Shown piece after piece: positions 36,638 to 50,116 of a stretch of 64,000 nucleotides of DNA. A program made the position numbers and the translations under genes. The stretch lies in contig CAJINV010000001.1 of assembly GCA_905178155.1 (NCBI GenBank), forward strand, positions 9,569,865 through 9,633,864, in the 5' to 3' direction. The notes beneath the pieces are model-generated. The model searched no databases. It saw only the letters and a list, made by a program, of their open reading frames with translations, and had not been told where the DNA came from. Within the stretch, counting starts at the first letter, position 1. Each line of letters starts with the position of its first letter. Source of the DNA: Amoebophrya sp. A120 (Eukaryota > Protista > Dinoflagellata).

Positions 36638-37691
36638 CTTGTCGGAGTGCGTCTTTTATATTTGTGATCGGTGTAATATCGTCCAATGTCACACGGGGAA
36701 GATGGCCGACCGAAACGCTACGGAATATTCTGTCTGCGTTCCTTCTCTTCTGAGGCTGTTCTCTTCGAAAATTTATTCAGTGCTGGGTGGTCTCAATCGT
36801 CTTTAACAGTCCCGGTTCATTTCCGGCGTATCTGCAGCTCCATCGCTGAAGTTGTGCCTGCGCCCATGTTTTTCTATACGGGAGAAACTGATTATAACGT
36901 CAAGAGTTGATTGCTTTTGCTTCTCGTTGTTTCTAAATTGTTTTCCCAAAATTCCTCTCCAAGTTGTGCTACACCAGCTAGGCTTATTGTTTTGGAGGTT
37001 GTTGATGTAGTTCTGGTTGTTGACGCTGAGATATTTTTGAGACAAGCGCAATCGTTGAGGCCCTACATGCTTAACGTGACAGAGGTGACGGGGATATTTT
37101 TCTCGGATGTTGCTGCATCGTATTTCGCAATTTGGAAACACTTCTTATGACCATGATCATCGAGAAAAGGATGCCACAATTTTCGGCGTTGAACTTCGCT
37201 CCATGTCCTGATCTGCCATGCAACGACGACGGAGCGATCCAATAGGTTGATAGGAGTTTTTCCATTATGAACTTTGTTAGTTTGGAGCTCGAGCGATAGA
37301 CCTAGAACAAGAAAGAAGTTTCCGTGCAATTGCGAAGCTGCTGTTCTACAAGAAAGCAGAACTACCAAAGTTTTTCCGTCTTGCGTTTGCGTTTCAGTTG
37401 CGCCGGTAGCATTTTGAATCGGCAAGGCTCAAGCAGCAGCACGTGTTCCAAATTGACACATTTACATTGATCCAACTTGTTTCAGTACAGCTTTATCAAA
37501 AAAATGGAATCATAGGACCATGATTAAACGACAGAAGAATGTGTATTAAGTAGTCTACATAAGGAATCTCAATCTACTTAAGGAGCTGGAGCGAGGGCAA
37601 AAAAATCAAAAAAATGCTGGACGCCGGGGACCGCGACGCCAGGTCTGGCACGCCTACAGGAAGGATCGTAAAGCTTCGATTTGCTATGTGC

Positions 37692-38930
37692 CTATGCTTG
37701 CTCTTCTGTGGTCACCGTTCCTCCGGCACTCGTCCTGCGGGCTTTGTGCGTGGTCGTCGTAGTCGTTGTCTTTTTGACTGCTTTCTTGACCGCTGATTTT
37801 TTCACTGAACTCGAGGTCCTAGTGTGCACATTCCCGTCCTCGTCCACCCAGGTCTCCACGTTATTTCCCTCTCCTGCTTCATTCGCCTCCTCTGCGACCT
37901 GTTCCACCGGAGCTGGCGGCGGTCCCTTCCGGGATGGAAGCGCGACGTCGTCCCGGTCTACTTCTGGTGCGGGGGGCTTGCTCATTGACGCAGATCGCGA
38001 CTGATCTAAAGTCGCTGCGCCGTCGCCGTTTTCCGCGAGAGGTAGAGCTGCGTCCTTTTTGCTTTTTTTCTTTTTCAGCACCCGGCTGCCGGCCCTGTCG
38101 GATACGCGAGCGCCTGCAACACCAGGACTTTCAGACACTTTCCGGCTCTTCTTCTTTTTCTTCTTGTCCGATTTGTCACTGGCGGTACGTCGACTACTAC
38201 TCCTGTCTGATGCGCTATTCTTATGCCCTCGAGCGGCATCCCTTACTGGAACCGGGCGGGCTGCATTCGCTGGCCGTGCGACCGCGCTCGCGATGTCCGC
38301 CACAGTTTCCTCGGCGGACTTCGGGGGCGGAATATTAGATCTTTTCCGTGCAGTCTGATCACTTCCAACGGTTAGCGCTTCAGGTTCTGCAGTTGGCGTT
38401 GCGCCCGTTTCCCCTTGTGTCTGTACCGCGTTTCCCGCGGCGACTAGGCCTTGTCCCGCTCGCCGCTTCATTTCGTCGATCTCCCCTCCTGCGTCAATTG
38501 CGAACCAGCTCGCGGCAACAATGATCCCCAGAAGCACGATTGCCCAGAAGCCTGCGCAGCAACAGCAGCAGGTGCAACATGGCGGATCCAGCACCTGCGG
38601 CTGGCCCGGCTGTCCTGGCGCTTCTCCTTGTGGTGGTTGCCCAGATTTATCACCGTGTCCCTGCATCGCCGTCGATTGAGATTCAGCTTGCGCCGTTTCG
38701 CCTGCCCCGACTGCTTCCTTGCTTCGCTTCAGAAGGAGGCGCTGACGCCGCTCCTTCTCCAATACGCGATGTCGCTGCAACAGGGACGTGCGTTTTGGAC
38801 TCGTCGCATCCTCCGTGTGACCGATAGAAACGCCTAGACCTTTCACCAAAAGCGCAGTGTCGGTCTTCAGTAAAACACACACACACAGCAGAAGCCGCCC
38901 GAGTAGAAGAAGTATACACGACTGAGCCAT
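37692..38930 (-). CDS. Hypothetical type-I membrane protein (signal peptide, SLLQ motif, poly-Cys before TM helix, low-complexity tail)
   Basis: MAQSCILLLLGRLLLCVCVLL signal; RTSLLQR; CCTCCCCCAGFWAIVLLGIIVAASWFAI. Confidence 0.7.
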   Translation of the reverse strand: MAQSCILLLLGRLLLCVCVLLKTDTALLVKGLGVSIGHTEDATSPKRTSLLQRHRVLEKERRQRLLLKRSKEAVGAGETAQAESQSTAMQGHGDKSGQPPQGEAPGQPGQPQVLDPPCCTCCCCCAGFWAIVLLGIIVAASWFAIDAGGEIDEMKRRAGQGLVAAGNAVQTQGETGATPTAEPEALTVGSDQTARKRSNIPPPKSAEETVADIASAVARPANAARPVPVRDAARGHKNSASDRSSSRRTASDKSDKKKKKKSRKVSESPGVAGARVSDRAGSRVLKKKKSKKDAALPLAENGDGAATLDQSRSASMSKPPAPEVDRDDVALPSRKGPPPAPVEQVAEEANEAGEGNNVETWVDEDGNVHTRTSSSVKKSAVKKAVKKTTTTTTTHKARRTSAGGTVTTEEQA

Positions 38931-39755
38931 TTTGCCGAATTGCGGTCGACGATCGAGGTTCAACTTCAATGTCAATCTTCCCGTAATAACCTTCGCAGTA
39001 CTAACTTTGGGTCACAAGTACAAGTGGCTCACCATCAACCTTAATACCACTATTTTCTGTGACTTTCCCGAAACCGAAAAAAGAAGGGTAGAAAGATATT
39101 GACTTCCCATTCTGAACCTGATGTAACGAAGATGTAACAAAGCGCGACTCGCATTTTTTCGTTTTGCTTTATTACATAGGTTTGGTGTTCGTAGGCTTGA
39201 TGTACGACGGTGACTTAGTGCTCGTGGCAGATGAACGATAGCAGAAGCTGCAGTCCGGGACGAAAGCTAGGTGCACGATTCAAGAGCGAAAACGACACAA
39301 GAACGAAGATTAACACTAGTAATCTGGGTGGACGACAGAAAAACGCGAGACAGGAAAACGTGAGAGGTTAATGTGCAAAAATGCAAAAGATACATGTTTT
39401 GATAAATATGCAAACGAAACGGCGGAGCTGAACAGGACGCGAACAACTGCAACCCCAGCGGTGGGCCGCCAGCGATTCGTTTCATTGCTCGCATCGTGGT
39501 CCTGAGTTATCGTGCGAATCTTGGTCGTCTTGGTGCGTTCGGAATAACATCAGTCTTCTTGATTCTTTGCCAGTTAGGCGTAGGTTGGAATGGGTTCATT
39601 GCAAAAATGCTTTGATTGGAAATGGAAACTACTTTTTGCTTCTTCAAATAAATGGTCCACTGAACGTAAAGGAGTGATGTGAAAGTGAGCAAAGTTCCAA
39701 CGTAAAAACCTTGGACGCACCCACAATCACAAGAGCCCTTTAGTGAACGCCTACT

Positions 39756-42700
39756 CTACAAAAGCTTTTTCCCTGTACCTCGGCGGGACTTTTTCGCCGT
39801 GGCTTTCTTCTCAACCGCCTTTTTCTCGACTGCTTTCTTCGTTTCCACTTTTCTGACCACCACTCTGGTCACGCTGCGCCACCTCTCACAGGTATTGCAC
39901 CGCTCCGCCGAGGGTGGCCGCTTGCTGCTCTTGAAGAAGTGCTCCGATAGCAAGCCCATGGCCCCTGAGGAAGGGCGTTCGTTTTGACACTCCTGCGTTT
40001 TCAGGTTGTAGTACAAGCGATGCCCTGTCTCGTCCTTGACCTTGCGCCACATGCTGGGCAGCTTCAGGAATTTCTTACTCTGTTTCCCGGGGATCACGAG
40101 CAGATCGATCGGCCCGGGCTTCGGGTATGGTTTGTGGTACAGTCGCTGTCCCGGCGGCTGGCGGTGATAAACTTCCAAATGCCCACAGTTCGCGCAAATG
40201 TACTTGAAGTCGTTCACGTGCCCGTGGCCCGCGTCGGTGCTATGGTAGTCATTCACTTTCATCGGTTCGTAGCAGTTGCACCGGCACCCGTTGATCCGGC
40301 ACCGCCGGATGTCCTCCTGCGAGCGGTGCAGCGGGTAGGTTTCCATGGTCCTCTTGAACGTGATCGCCTTCTGGTCGTCGTCTGTCATCGTCGCGGTCGT
40401 ATGCTCATACCTCCGCACTAGCGGGTCGTCCCGACCGGAACTCGTTTTGCTGTCCTGGGCGCGCTGCAGCCCCCGGCTGTTTTGCGCAGTCTCGAGCCAC
40501 TCGTGGGCCCGCTCCGCCGCGTTCTTCTCCACGTCCGCAGTGAGGAAGCGGCAGTTCTGCCGGCGCGCAATGGTGAAGCTCGCAATTCGCGCGTCGAACT
40601 CCTGGAAGGGGTCGTCGTCCATCTGCGCATCGGATTGTGACTGCCGCAACCAGGCTCGGGTCCGCCGCTCGTCCCGGTCCTTTTGCTCCAAGCCGAGCAC
40701 GATTTTGAGGAACGACTCCTGCGTGCTCAGACCAAAACCCATACTGGTCCAGGGCATCAACCGTCCGAAGAAAAAGTGGGAGAACGTTTTTCCGTGCGTC
40801 CACTTTTCCAACGCGACCGGGTCGCGCCGGGTGACCAGCTGGTGCAGCAAGTACGGCGCGTGGTGGGAGAAGTATCGAACCACGTGGTCGCGCATCATGC
40901 GCGTCTCCGGCGTGACGCCCAAATGGGAATCGAAGTAGTTTTTGTAGCACGCCTGTTGCAACAGAAAAGCGACGCTGAACGCGTCCTTGCGCGCTTTGCT
41001 TTCCTCCAAAAGCGCGTCCAAAACGAGAAGCGCTTCCCTCGTCCCGCCCTCGCGCCGGCGTTGGTCGACGACCATCGCATCGAGCTTGTGCGTTGTGATG
41101 AACAAATCTTCTTCGCGCTTCTTCGCTTTTGCGATCCACTCCCCAAACTGGTGGTTCTCCACGATCGCGGAGGCCAAAATCCGTTCACTCAAACGCGGAA
41201 TCCGAATGGTGTCCAAGGCCTGCGCGTAGTAGTAAAATTTAGCCGCCATGTTGGCCTGCACGTCGCCGATGAGCTCCACCGGTCCGTCTTTTTTGAGCGC
41301 CTCGGCGACCTTCTCCTCTTCCGTCTTCCCTTGCGTGAGCCGGTACCAGTGCCGATAGATCAAAACCTCCCAGAGAAACTTCGCGCGTAAGATCGTGCGG
41401 CGGCCGAGGCCCTTCACGTGGTAGATCCCCTGCCAATGCTCGGCGTCGATCTCCTTGATCTCGCGGTACACCACCTGCTTCACTTCGGTTTTGAACATCG
41501 CGATCGCGTCCAGGGTCCGCGCGGTCTTGGTGCGCGTCGCGAACGCGCCGCGTTCCCCGAACAGCGTTTCTTGGCCGAAGGGCATGCGATTCGTGTCACT
41601 CAGTCGGTCCTTCACCGCGTCCGCACGCTTCAGGTGGAGTGTCGTGTCGCCCTTCTTGCTCTCATCGAACAGAACCTCCAGCGTCTCCGCCAGCTGCGTG
41701 CGCCGCTCCAAATCCGCCTCCCACCGCTTGCTGGCGCCCAGAACCCTCGCCTCGCGGTCCGCACTCTCACACACGTACAGCGTGTCCGCCTCGATGTGGT
41801 GGGGCGCAAGGTTTTCCGAAGTGTACAGCGGGGTCGCGTCGATGGCTTGCGACATGCTCATGTCCTTGTCCCGCTGGTTGACCCGCGGCAGGGACTCTTT
41901 ACTGGTCGAGGATTCAATCGGGGGCGCGTCGGGGTCCTCCTCCTCGTTATTTTCGTTTTGCTTTTGCTGCGCCAACCTTTCCTTTTCCCGTTCCAGGGCT
42001 TCCTTCTGCTGCCGCAGCTCGGTGACGAGCTGGTCGGCGTTCTTGCGGATCTTGAATTCGGACGTGCCGAGGTTTACGTCGAAGCGGAGCGCGGCCTCCT
42101 CCGTGCCCAACACCACGTAGTGCGCCAAATCGCGCACGTCGAGCAGCATCACGCTGGGCAGCCGGATGTGGTGCCGCGTTTGCCGCCCGAGGGCTTGGTG
42201 CAAGTTCTCTTCCAGCTCTTGCGTCAGATCCAGGTCGCGCTGCGCCCGCCGACGGGAAAGAGACTGTTTATCCAAGACCAAAAGTTCGGCTTCGGTGAAC
42301 ACGCCCTGCTCCGCTTTCCGCAAGCGCTCCTCCTTCTCGCGCTCGCGCTCCTCCTGCTCTAGCCGCCGCTGCTTCTCCCGGGCTGGGTTGCGCAGCAAGC
42401 GCAGCTCGTCGCGGTCCTTTTCGCGATTCAGCACTAGCACACGTACCGCGAACACCACGATCATAATCATCCTGTAAATGAAGAGAAACAAGGATCGGAG
42501 CACATGTTTCAGCCTCCCGAGACAGTTCGTCGGGCGCTTTCTACCAGCAGTGCCACCACCCTCCGCGGATGACGGGTCAACCGGGCCGGCTTCGCCCCCG
42601 TCGTCGTCATCCCTCTCAAGGTCTTCCATCGTTTGCAAACCGATGTTCCAGCCCTTCTCCATCAGATTTTCCAAGGTGCTCTTTCGGCGTTGCAGTCGCT

Positions 42701-45700
42701 TGTTCGTGGGAGAACCACCACCGCTGCCTTCCGCACCTTCCGCGAGGTCATCCGCCGAAGAGCCGGCACTGCCACTGCTGCTACTTCGCATGATTCGTCT
42801 TCCGAAAAATCCACTCCCCCGGCGAGATTGCCCATCAGCGTCCTCGTCGTCGTCCTCTTCACTGTCGGAGTCATCGCTATCGCCCCCGCGCTTCGGTCGC
42901 CAAAACAGAAGCTTGTTGGCAATTTTGCGCACCCCGCGTCGAAAAACGCGCCTGATTCGCGTGCGCTTGTCTTCCTCCTCTCCGTCGTCCTCCTCGTCGC
43001 CGTCGTCATAGCCTCCACCCTTCTTCCGCCACAAGGGAACGAACAGCGTGGAAGCGCGCCGAATGAACCCGCGCATCAACGTGTCTGAAGTTTGCGAATC
43101 TTCCAGCGGATCCTCACTTGAGGCGGCCGGGCGTTCCGCATCGGGCTCGGAAGGAGGAATGATAGCATCGGTGCTGTCCTGCTGCCCGAAAGTGACCCGA
43201 CGCGCCTTCACGTCGTCCTCGGTGCTCCCGCTGGAATCAAGCGGCGCGCCGGTCGCTTGACCTCGTGCATGCGCAGTCGCCGGATCTTCAAGCTGCGCTG
43301 AACCTTCATCGACGCCCAAGCTCGCACTCAAGCCCAGTGGCGAGGCGCTACTCGTCCCGCTCGCATCCATGTTGCCATCCTCGTCCATCATGCGACTTTC
43401 GCTCTCCCGGGAACCGAGACTAACCTGCTCATCGGGGTCAAAGCCAACTCCTTCGAAATTCACCGACGTGCCCCGGGTCTGGCCGCCTTCCTCATCCTCG
43501 AGTTCAGGGTCGTCCTGGTCTTGCGGATCGCTTTTGTGTGCGCCGTCCTGCAATTTGTTCGTTTTTCTTCTGGAAAAATTGTCGACAGTTGGAGACGTTG
43601 CGCGATGATTACCAGTCTTTCTCGTTGTGCTTTCGTCGATTCGCGCATGCTGGCCTTCTGTAGTCGTGGCTATCTTGGCTGAGGTGGCGGAACTCGGCGA
43701 GGCTGACATTTTCTCCGATTTGGCAGAGACCGGCGACGCAGACGCGAGTATGTTTGCGTTTTCGTCAAGCGCGGGCTCCTCGTCTTCCTGTTCTTCTGGA
43801 GCGACGCCAGACTTCGCCTTTCCGTCGTCCAGCGCTTTGGTCTTGATCCCAAGCGATTTTTTCAGGAACACCACAAATTTGCTGTTCTGCATCTCGAGCC
43901 GGCGCTGCTCGTCCTCCTCGGTCTGTCGCTTCACTGCCGCCTCCATGCGCGCTTCCTCGCGCGCCTCGGCGTCCTCCTTTTTCTTCTGTTCCTTCGCCAA
44001 GGCTTCTTCGGCCAGCTCGCTGTAGAACATTTCCTTCCATTGCTGTTCCTTCTGCTGCAGCATCAGGTCCCGCATTTTCGTTTGCACGCCGTCCTCGTAG
44101 TGCGAATCCCAGCCGTCCATCTTCGCCTCCGGTTCCAGCAGGTCGGCCCAGGCCTGATCGGACACCTGTTGCTCCATTTCGACGATTTTCCCGTTGCGAA
44201 AGAAGAACACATTGCCCTTCATCCGGTCCACCAAAACCGTCAGCGTGTCTCCCTGTCGCAGCTGCCCGTTCTTCGTCTTGTAGTACTTCTTCGTGCGGTC
44301 CCCGATGCCCTCCTGCACGTGAATCAGCCCGTCCGAGCCGAACCCGAGCGAGATCGGAAAATGACCGGGCATCTTGTCCTCGGAGAAGTTGCGCAGGTGG
44401 GTCGCGATTTTGTTTTGAAACTTCGGCTCGATCGGCGTCTTGGTTTCCAGTTGCGGCGGGCTGCGGTGGTCGAGCGGTTTCGCCGCGATACCAATGACGA
44501 AGGGGGGCAGGTCGCAGTGCGGACAGACATCCTTTTTTGCCTGCCCGAGGTTATCGTCGGACATGCGCGCTGCGCCGGGCGCCTTCTTCTCTTCTTCTTC
44601 CTCTTTCGCCGGGCGTTTCAGCCCGAACAGCTTAGCGACCGCATCAGCACCTCTTGCGGGACCCTCGCCTTTCTTTTTCGCGCCAAAAGCGGCCAGCAGC
44701 TTTTTCTTCCCCCGTTCCGAACTGCCGCCGGAATCCCCTGATTTGTGCGATCGGGGAGTGTCGTTTCCGTCCGATTTTTTCTTGGCCCCGAATAACTTCC
44801 CGAGCTTGCTCTTCGCTGCGGCACTGGCTTTTGCTTTTGTGTCGCTTCCTGCAGCAGAGGGTGCTTTGGCCGAACCGCCCTCCTTGGAGCTGCTGCCCGA
44901 GCGGGCGGTGCCGCTGCCGCCAGCATCCTCTTTCGAACCGGTGCGAGACGCTGCGGAAGTTGACATGAAGTGCGAGCCCTCGACCAGAGTGTCTTGGTCC
45001 TCGTCGGTCTCCTCATCGATTGTGTGCAACTGCTCCCACGCTTGCCTGTAGTCGAGAACCTTGTTACCGTTGTTTTGACGAGTAGAAAAACTGCCGTCAT
45101 CATCACTGCTGTCCGTTTCCGATTCGAGGAATTTCCCGTTACTTTCGGAATCTTCGCGATCGGTGCTGTCATACTCCTCCAGGGCTTGAAGCCGGCTCTG
45201 CAAATCTTCGAACGCGCTCATTCGTCGGGTCTCGTTCTCCATGACGCCGGCGCCGTAGCTTCGCTCAAGCTCATCCAGCAGTGGCTGGAGATTGGTCACT
45301 TCGTTCACACCGTACTTCACACTGACCGGAGGAGAGGTCTGCATCGAGTCATCGTCCTCTAGAAGTGTAGTTTTTGCCGGCGGAGGTCGAAGTCCCGCGC
45401 GACCTCCTCGATGCTGCAGACACGAGCGATCGAGTGCTCCCCCGGGCCCGCAGCTGCAGGAGGGTTTTGTTCTGAAGTTTCTGTCCAAAACCGCTCTGCT
45501 TTCATCTTCTCCCCGGAAGACGCGAAGGTCGACAAAGTCGGCATTTGGGTCGTCTTGAAGATTCTCAGCGGGCGGTGCTTCCTCACACAGCAAATTGGTT
45601 TGTCCGAGTTCGATTGCGCCGGACATCAAGGTCGCTTCCCCGCTAGAACTTGACCAGGGACGTTCGTCTTTGTGCGCGCCCTCAAAGGCCCCCATCATGC

Positions 45701-47392
45701 CGCCGGACTTCCCTGCTTTCGGCTTCGCCTTCGCCTTGCCCTTGGCTTTCGCGATGCGATTTTGTATGGCGCTTTGCGCGAGCGGGTTCGTGTTTGCGGC
45801 CGCTGCATCCCGCTCGGCGATGTTTTTCCGCACCTTCGCGAGTTTGCCCTTCAGTCGCGCCGCGGTGAAAAAGGTCGCGATCTGCTCCCGGAGCCGTTTC
45901 TTGATGCCACGAATCAACACTTTGTTGTACTCGACCTGCTGAATCGTGACCTCAAAGGCGCAGAACACCTGCGGAGGCAGGGGGAGGTTTGAGAAGGTGA
46001 CCATCCGGCCCTTGCTAGTGCTGTCCGCCAGAACATCAATCACGTTGCGCGGACAAGCCGTCAGCGCAGCGGAAATTGACGTCTTCTTCGTCTCCATCGG
46101 AGGGGCCTGTTGTGAAGATGCGTCCAAATTTTGCTGTTGCAATAAAAAGACCTGAGTACTTCATGTCTGGTCATTTGCCAATATCATTATCAACCAGGGT
46201 GACGAGTATGATCTACTGATTCGCTCTACCCTCAGATCCCGCAAAAGTTGAAACAAGACTACATCACTGGCTTTGATATCCACAAAGAAAACGCCAAAAA
46301 ATAATAAATTACCGCCTCCTTCAGTTGCTCCACCGGCACGTCATTTCCCCAGAAGATGTCTGTCCGGTTGTGGTCCTTGGTCGGGTCCGTCAGTTGTTTC
46401 AACGCAACCCGCTGACTGAAGAGACCCTTCTGCATAGCCCCCGAGCCGGTCGTCAAATCGGCGTTCTGCGTGTTCTGCTTTCTGCCGGTTCGCGCGTTGA
46501 AGTTCTTTTCCTCGTTCAGATCGTCTTGCTTGCGCTTCCAGACCTGGAATTCCTCCAACGTTTGAAAGACGATCGCGTTGGGGTCGATAAAGCAGTAGTG
46601 CGTGGGTCGCTTGTCCAGCATCCACAGGTTGTTGTTCTTCTCCATGCCCTGAAGCAACACGATCGAGAGCCACTTTTTCGTGCTGTCGAAATTCCGCAAC
46701 CAGCGCTCCATGGTCATCTTGTTCGCCAGCGCGACGGCCTTCTGCTTCTCGTGGATCTGCGAGGGAGTCAACTTCGCGTTTGCGACGCCGATGCCGGAGT
46801 CGGTTTGCGTAGCGACGAACCTCGTCGTGCTGAACAGTTCCAGTCGGTGGAGCGTCGCACGGGCCCCGTCGCGGGTTTCTTTATCCTTCCCCTCCACCGC
46901 CATTTTCGTCAAATGCCGGCGGCTCTGTCGGTCGGTCGCTTCCGCGAGCACCGCGTTGCCGATCTCCATTTTCGCCATAAACAAATGATCCTGATACTCG
47001 TCAAAGACGGAGAGCCTCCGCAGCTGTTTCTCCGCGCCGCGCGATTCCAGGATCTCCAGGCGCCGTTCTTGCAGCACCTCCTCCCGCAGCTCGTGGGCCA
47101 TTTCGAACAGGTCGATGAGGTTCTTGTCCATCGGGAAAGACCCGTTTTTGTAGTAACAGTACCAGAAGGCCATCTGGCGCAGCCACAGCTTGTGCAGGCC
47201 GTTTTTCTCGTTTCTTCGCTTCGCCTCCTCCTCATTCTCGGGCGGTTCGCCTTTGCGCTCGTACGCCTCCTCGTCAAATTTCCACCACCACGCCGGGAAA
47301 GTGAGGTATTTGCGATCCTCAAGGGCGAAGACCGCGATGATGCTCAGGAAGACCGCAAGGATGAGGATCAGAATCACCAAAACCGGATTCAT
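39756..47392 (-). CDS. ~2490-aa membrane protein with a split SPRY-like domain, C-terminal Cys/His zinc-binding motif and WW-like domain, 2 exons
   Basis: Exon 1 46313-47392 (N-terminal TM MNPVLVILILILAVFLSIIAVFAL), GT-AG intron 46152-46312, exon 2 39756-46151. SPRY strands FEVTI / FVIGIA / SLGFGSDG..GDTLTVLVDRMKGNVFFFRNGK / FDVNLG. Also CRINGCRCNCY..CANCGHLEVYH and LPSMWRKVKDETGHRLYYNLKTQECQNERP. Confidence 0.7.
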
Positions 47393-48666
47393 TTTCACGG
47401 AGGTGTTGCTGACGCCGCGTTTTTCCGTAAGGGCGAACGACCTCGACCGAAGGCAACTGTAGTAAGGCAAGAGGTGTCAAATCTCAGGAAAATCAATGTC
47501 CTGTGCGGCTTACAACTGGAGGCATCTTCGCCGGTCACGGCAAGCAACGAGTGCAACGCGTTCACGAGAACGAGCAAGCTGAAGTTGGCAACATCATAGC
47601 AGGTAATTATGTACTCATGTGTTTGTAAGTGTGGAGGTGGAGGCGGGGAAAGAGAAACAAGTAATGTTGCGAATCGGGTTGCGGTTGATTTGAATCACAG
47701 TTCATGACGAAAGATAATGTAAGATGTACAGCTGTGAAGACATGGAATCACATCAACACATACACATGGGATTGTTGGGTAGAAGATGAGCATGAGGGGT
47801 ACATCACCGAAATGAGCATAGAGAACTTCTTGTTCAAAATGATTCGGCGAATCTTCAATGGGTAGAGGAATCAATGAGGACCTGCTCTCAGAACGTTCGA
47901 CGACTTTGTGGGTTTATGTTTCCTTTTACCACTAGCAGTAGGTAGGAGGATAAAAATGTAAACAAAACTGTACAGTCAGTCAGATGACGATTATCGATGC
48001 GTAGGTAGTAGCTCTGCGACACGATCTGCACGAATAGTTGTGTACGACTGAAACGGATCGTTGGCACGACTTGACGGTTGCGTTTGCACGATAATAGCCT
48101 TTGAAGTGTTGTCTGTGCACGATGAGGAAACCGAGTTCATTGGACTGATGCGAGAGTATGCTTAGCTTTGTTCGGGCGTTAGAATTGTACTAGCACAAAG
48201 GGCATACTGAAGAGCCAGAACCAGGCATTCTGGTCTCGGCCCTTCTGGAGCAGGGGCTCCAGAGGTTCTACAAGTTGCGACTGCGTCGAGGTGGGACCTT
48301 TTTTTGTGATTGTGATACAGAAAAGCACAGACGAGTGACATCAAAATTCTCCAAATCTTATTTCATTTCGACAGTCTCATCGGTGCATTCCAAACTCTAC
48401 AATAAAAGTATCCAAACATAACTTGCAGTTCTTGTCGAAAATCTGTGAATCAGCTTGATACCAAAAGTTCGTCTAACATGATAGTTCTACTTGCGATGCC
48501 ACTACTTCTGCTCGCAGCATACAGAATTGTAAAAAGGATAATATTACATACTTTACGGTGTATACTTGGAATTGCAATTGTGTTGAAGAATCGTGTAGTT
48601 CATTTTTACGTAGCTCGAAGACGCGAGGAGAATGAACGTGTTCCAGCACCTTGATATATTCTCCTC

Positions 48667-50116
48667 TTACGATGCTCCCATCCCGAACGAGCTGGCGTGG
48701 CCGAGCTGTTGCTCCAGGCGCGCGCCATTACAGTTCTTTCCCTTCTTCACGACGTCATCCCACTCGTACGTGCCTGGTGGTGGCGTGCCCCGCTTGGATA
48801 GCACATAACTTCCGGGGAAGCGTGCCTTGTCCAAGTCGCACTTCGTCTGCGTGTAGCACGGTGGCCTATCTAAAACCGCGTCCTGCTGGTTTGCATACCT
48901 GAGATGAACCGCCGACACACAGTTCAGAATTTCATCGCAGCAAATGGAGCCCGAGCCATCATCTGTCCAGACGTCTTGTCTTCATCTGCACGGGGGAATA
49001 TGTAAAACAATTCACAATGAAAACTTCAAAATTCCGAAACAATTCCGATACGTGCCCGGTCCTGGTCTCTGGGGATAGTTCTTCACTCTGGCCTCGGCTT
49101 TGGGTCGCAGCTTCAGATCCGCACACTTAACTGGTCGGGTTCCCAGGCCTTGCACCGCCCCCTGCACCAGAATTCCGCCTTCACCGCCGACCTGTGCACA
49201 GTCTACGTAGTCCTTCTTGACGTCATAGAAAACATCTGCGCCAAAGGTTTTCAATCGCGGAACCTGGTTTTTGTTTTGATGGTGATGCACGTCGCAGAAG
49301 TTTGCAACTGCTGACGCAGAGCGGCGTCGAATCCATTGCAGAGCAACGCAAATCAATGAATGATGCTCAAAATTTGTCACAAAAATACCGTGTGCCCTTT
49401 GCCTTTTGGCATCGACCACTTCGGTGCTCTGCTCGGCTGCTCCGGGTTGTAATTTCTGACATCCGTCTTCGATATTTTCGCTGTCGTAAATTTTTTGCAG
49501 CCTGCTCGCAACGAACTATCTACGTGTACGTTTCTCCGTGCTTGTCCGGCGTCAAAGATACGATCATCATGAACTAATTTTGCAAAGTACACGTTCTCCA
49601 GTAAGGTCAAAAAATCATCAAGTTGTGGTCTACTCACGGCTTATCCTGGTAATGGAAACTCACTGTACCTCCGGCCTCTTTGAATCGTGGTGGTGCTCGT
49701 GCCCAGTTAATTGTGCTTCTGATTTGTCCGATCACCGACCCAAGGACAGGATTGTACCTGCATCAGAAGCATTCAATGGAAAAATGCGAATGACGGCGTA
49801 GAAGTTGTTCTTACCATTACCCTGATTTCGATCACCATTAATTATCTACGGAGAAAATGAAAAAAGTAATGGAATGGGACGCACACCCACACACGACCTT
49901 GCTCTATAACGACGAGTGGCGAAAAATAAATGAGGAAAAACAGACTAAAAGTAAAAATATCAATTTATAACACCTGGTCGGCCCTGGCGTAAGCATTGGA
50001 GTGGTTTTTGGCTGGACTGCATCGCGACCGCTGGCCATAACAGAGCGCCCGCCTTTGACGCCTTCATGATACGTTTTTGGAAGCGGGTAGTCGAACCCGT
50101 CGCGGAGTCGCCCCAT
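48667..50116 (-). CDS. Multi-exon sperm-tail PG-rich (SHIPPO/ODF3-like) axonemal protein; boundaries approximate
   Basis: Exon fragments carry TPGPTR, RAPKWSM, RPGPGTY, PPCYT and TPPPGTYE motifs typical of PGP repeats. Confidence 0.5.
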
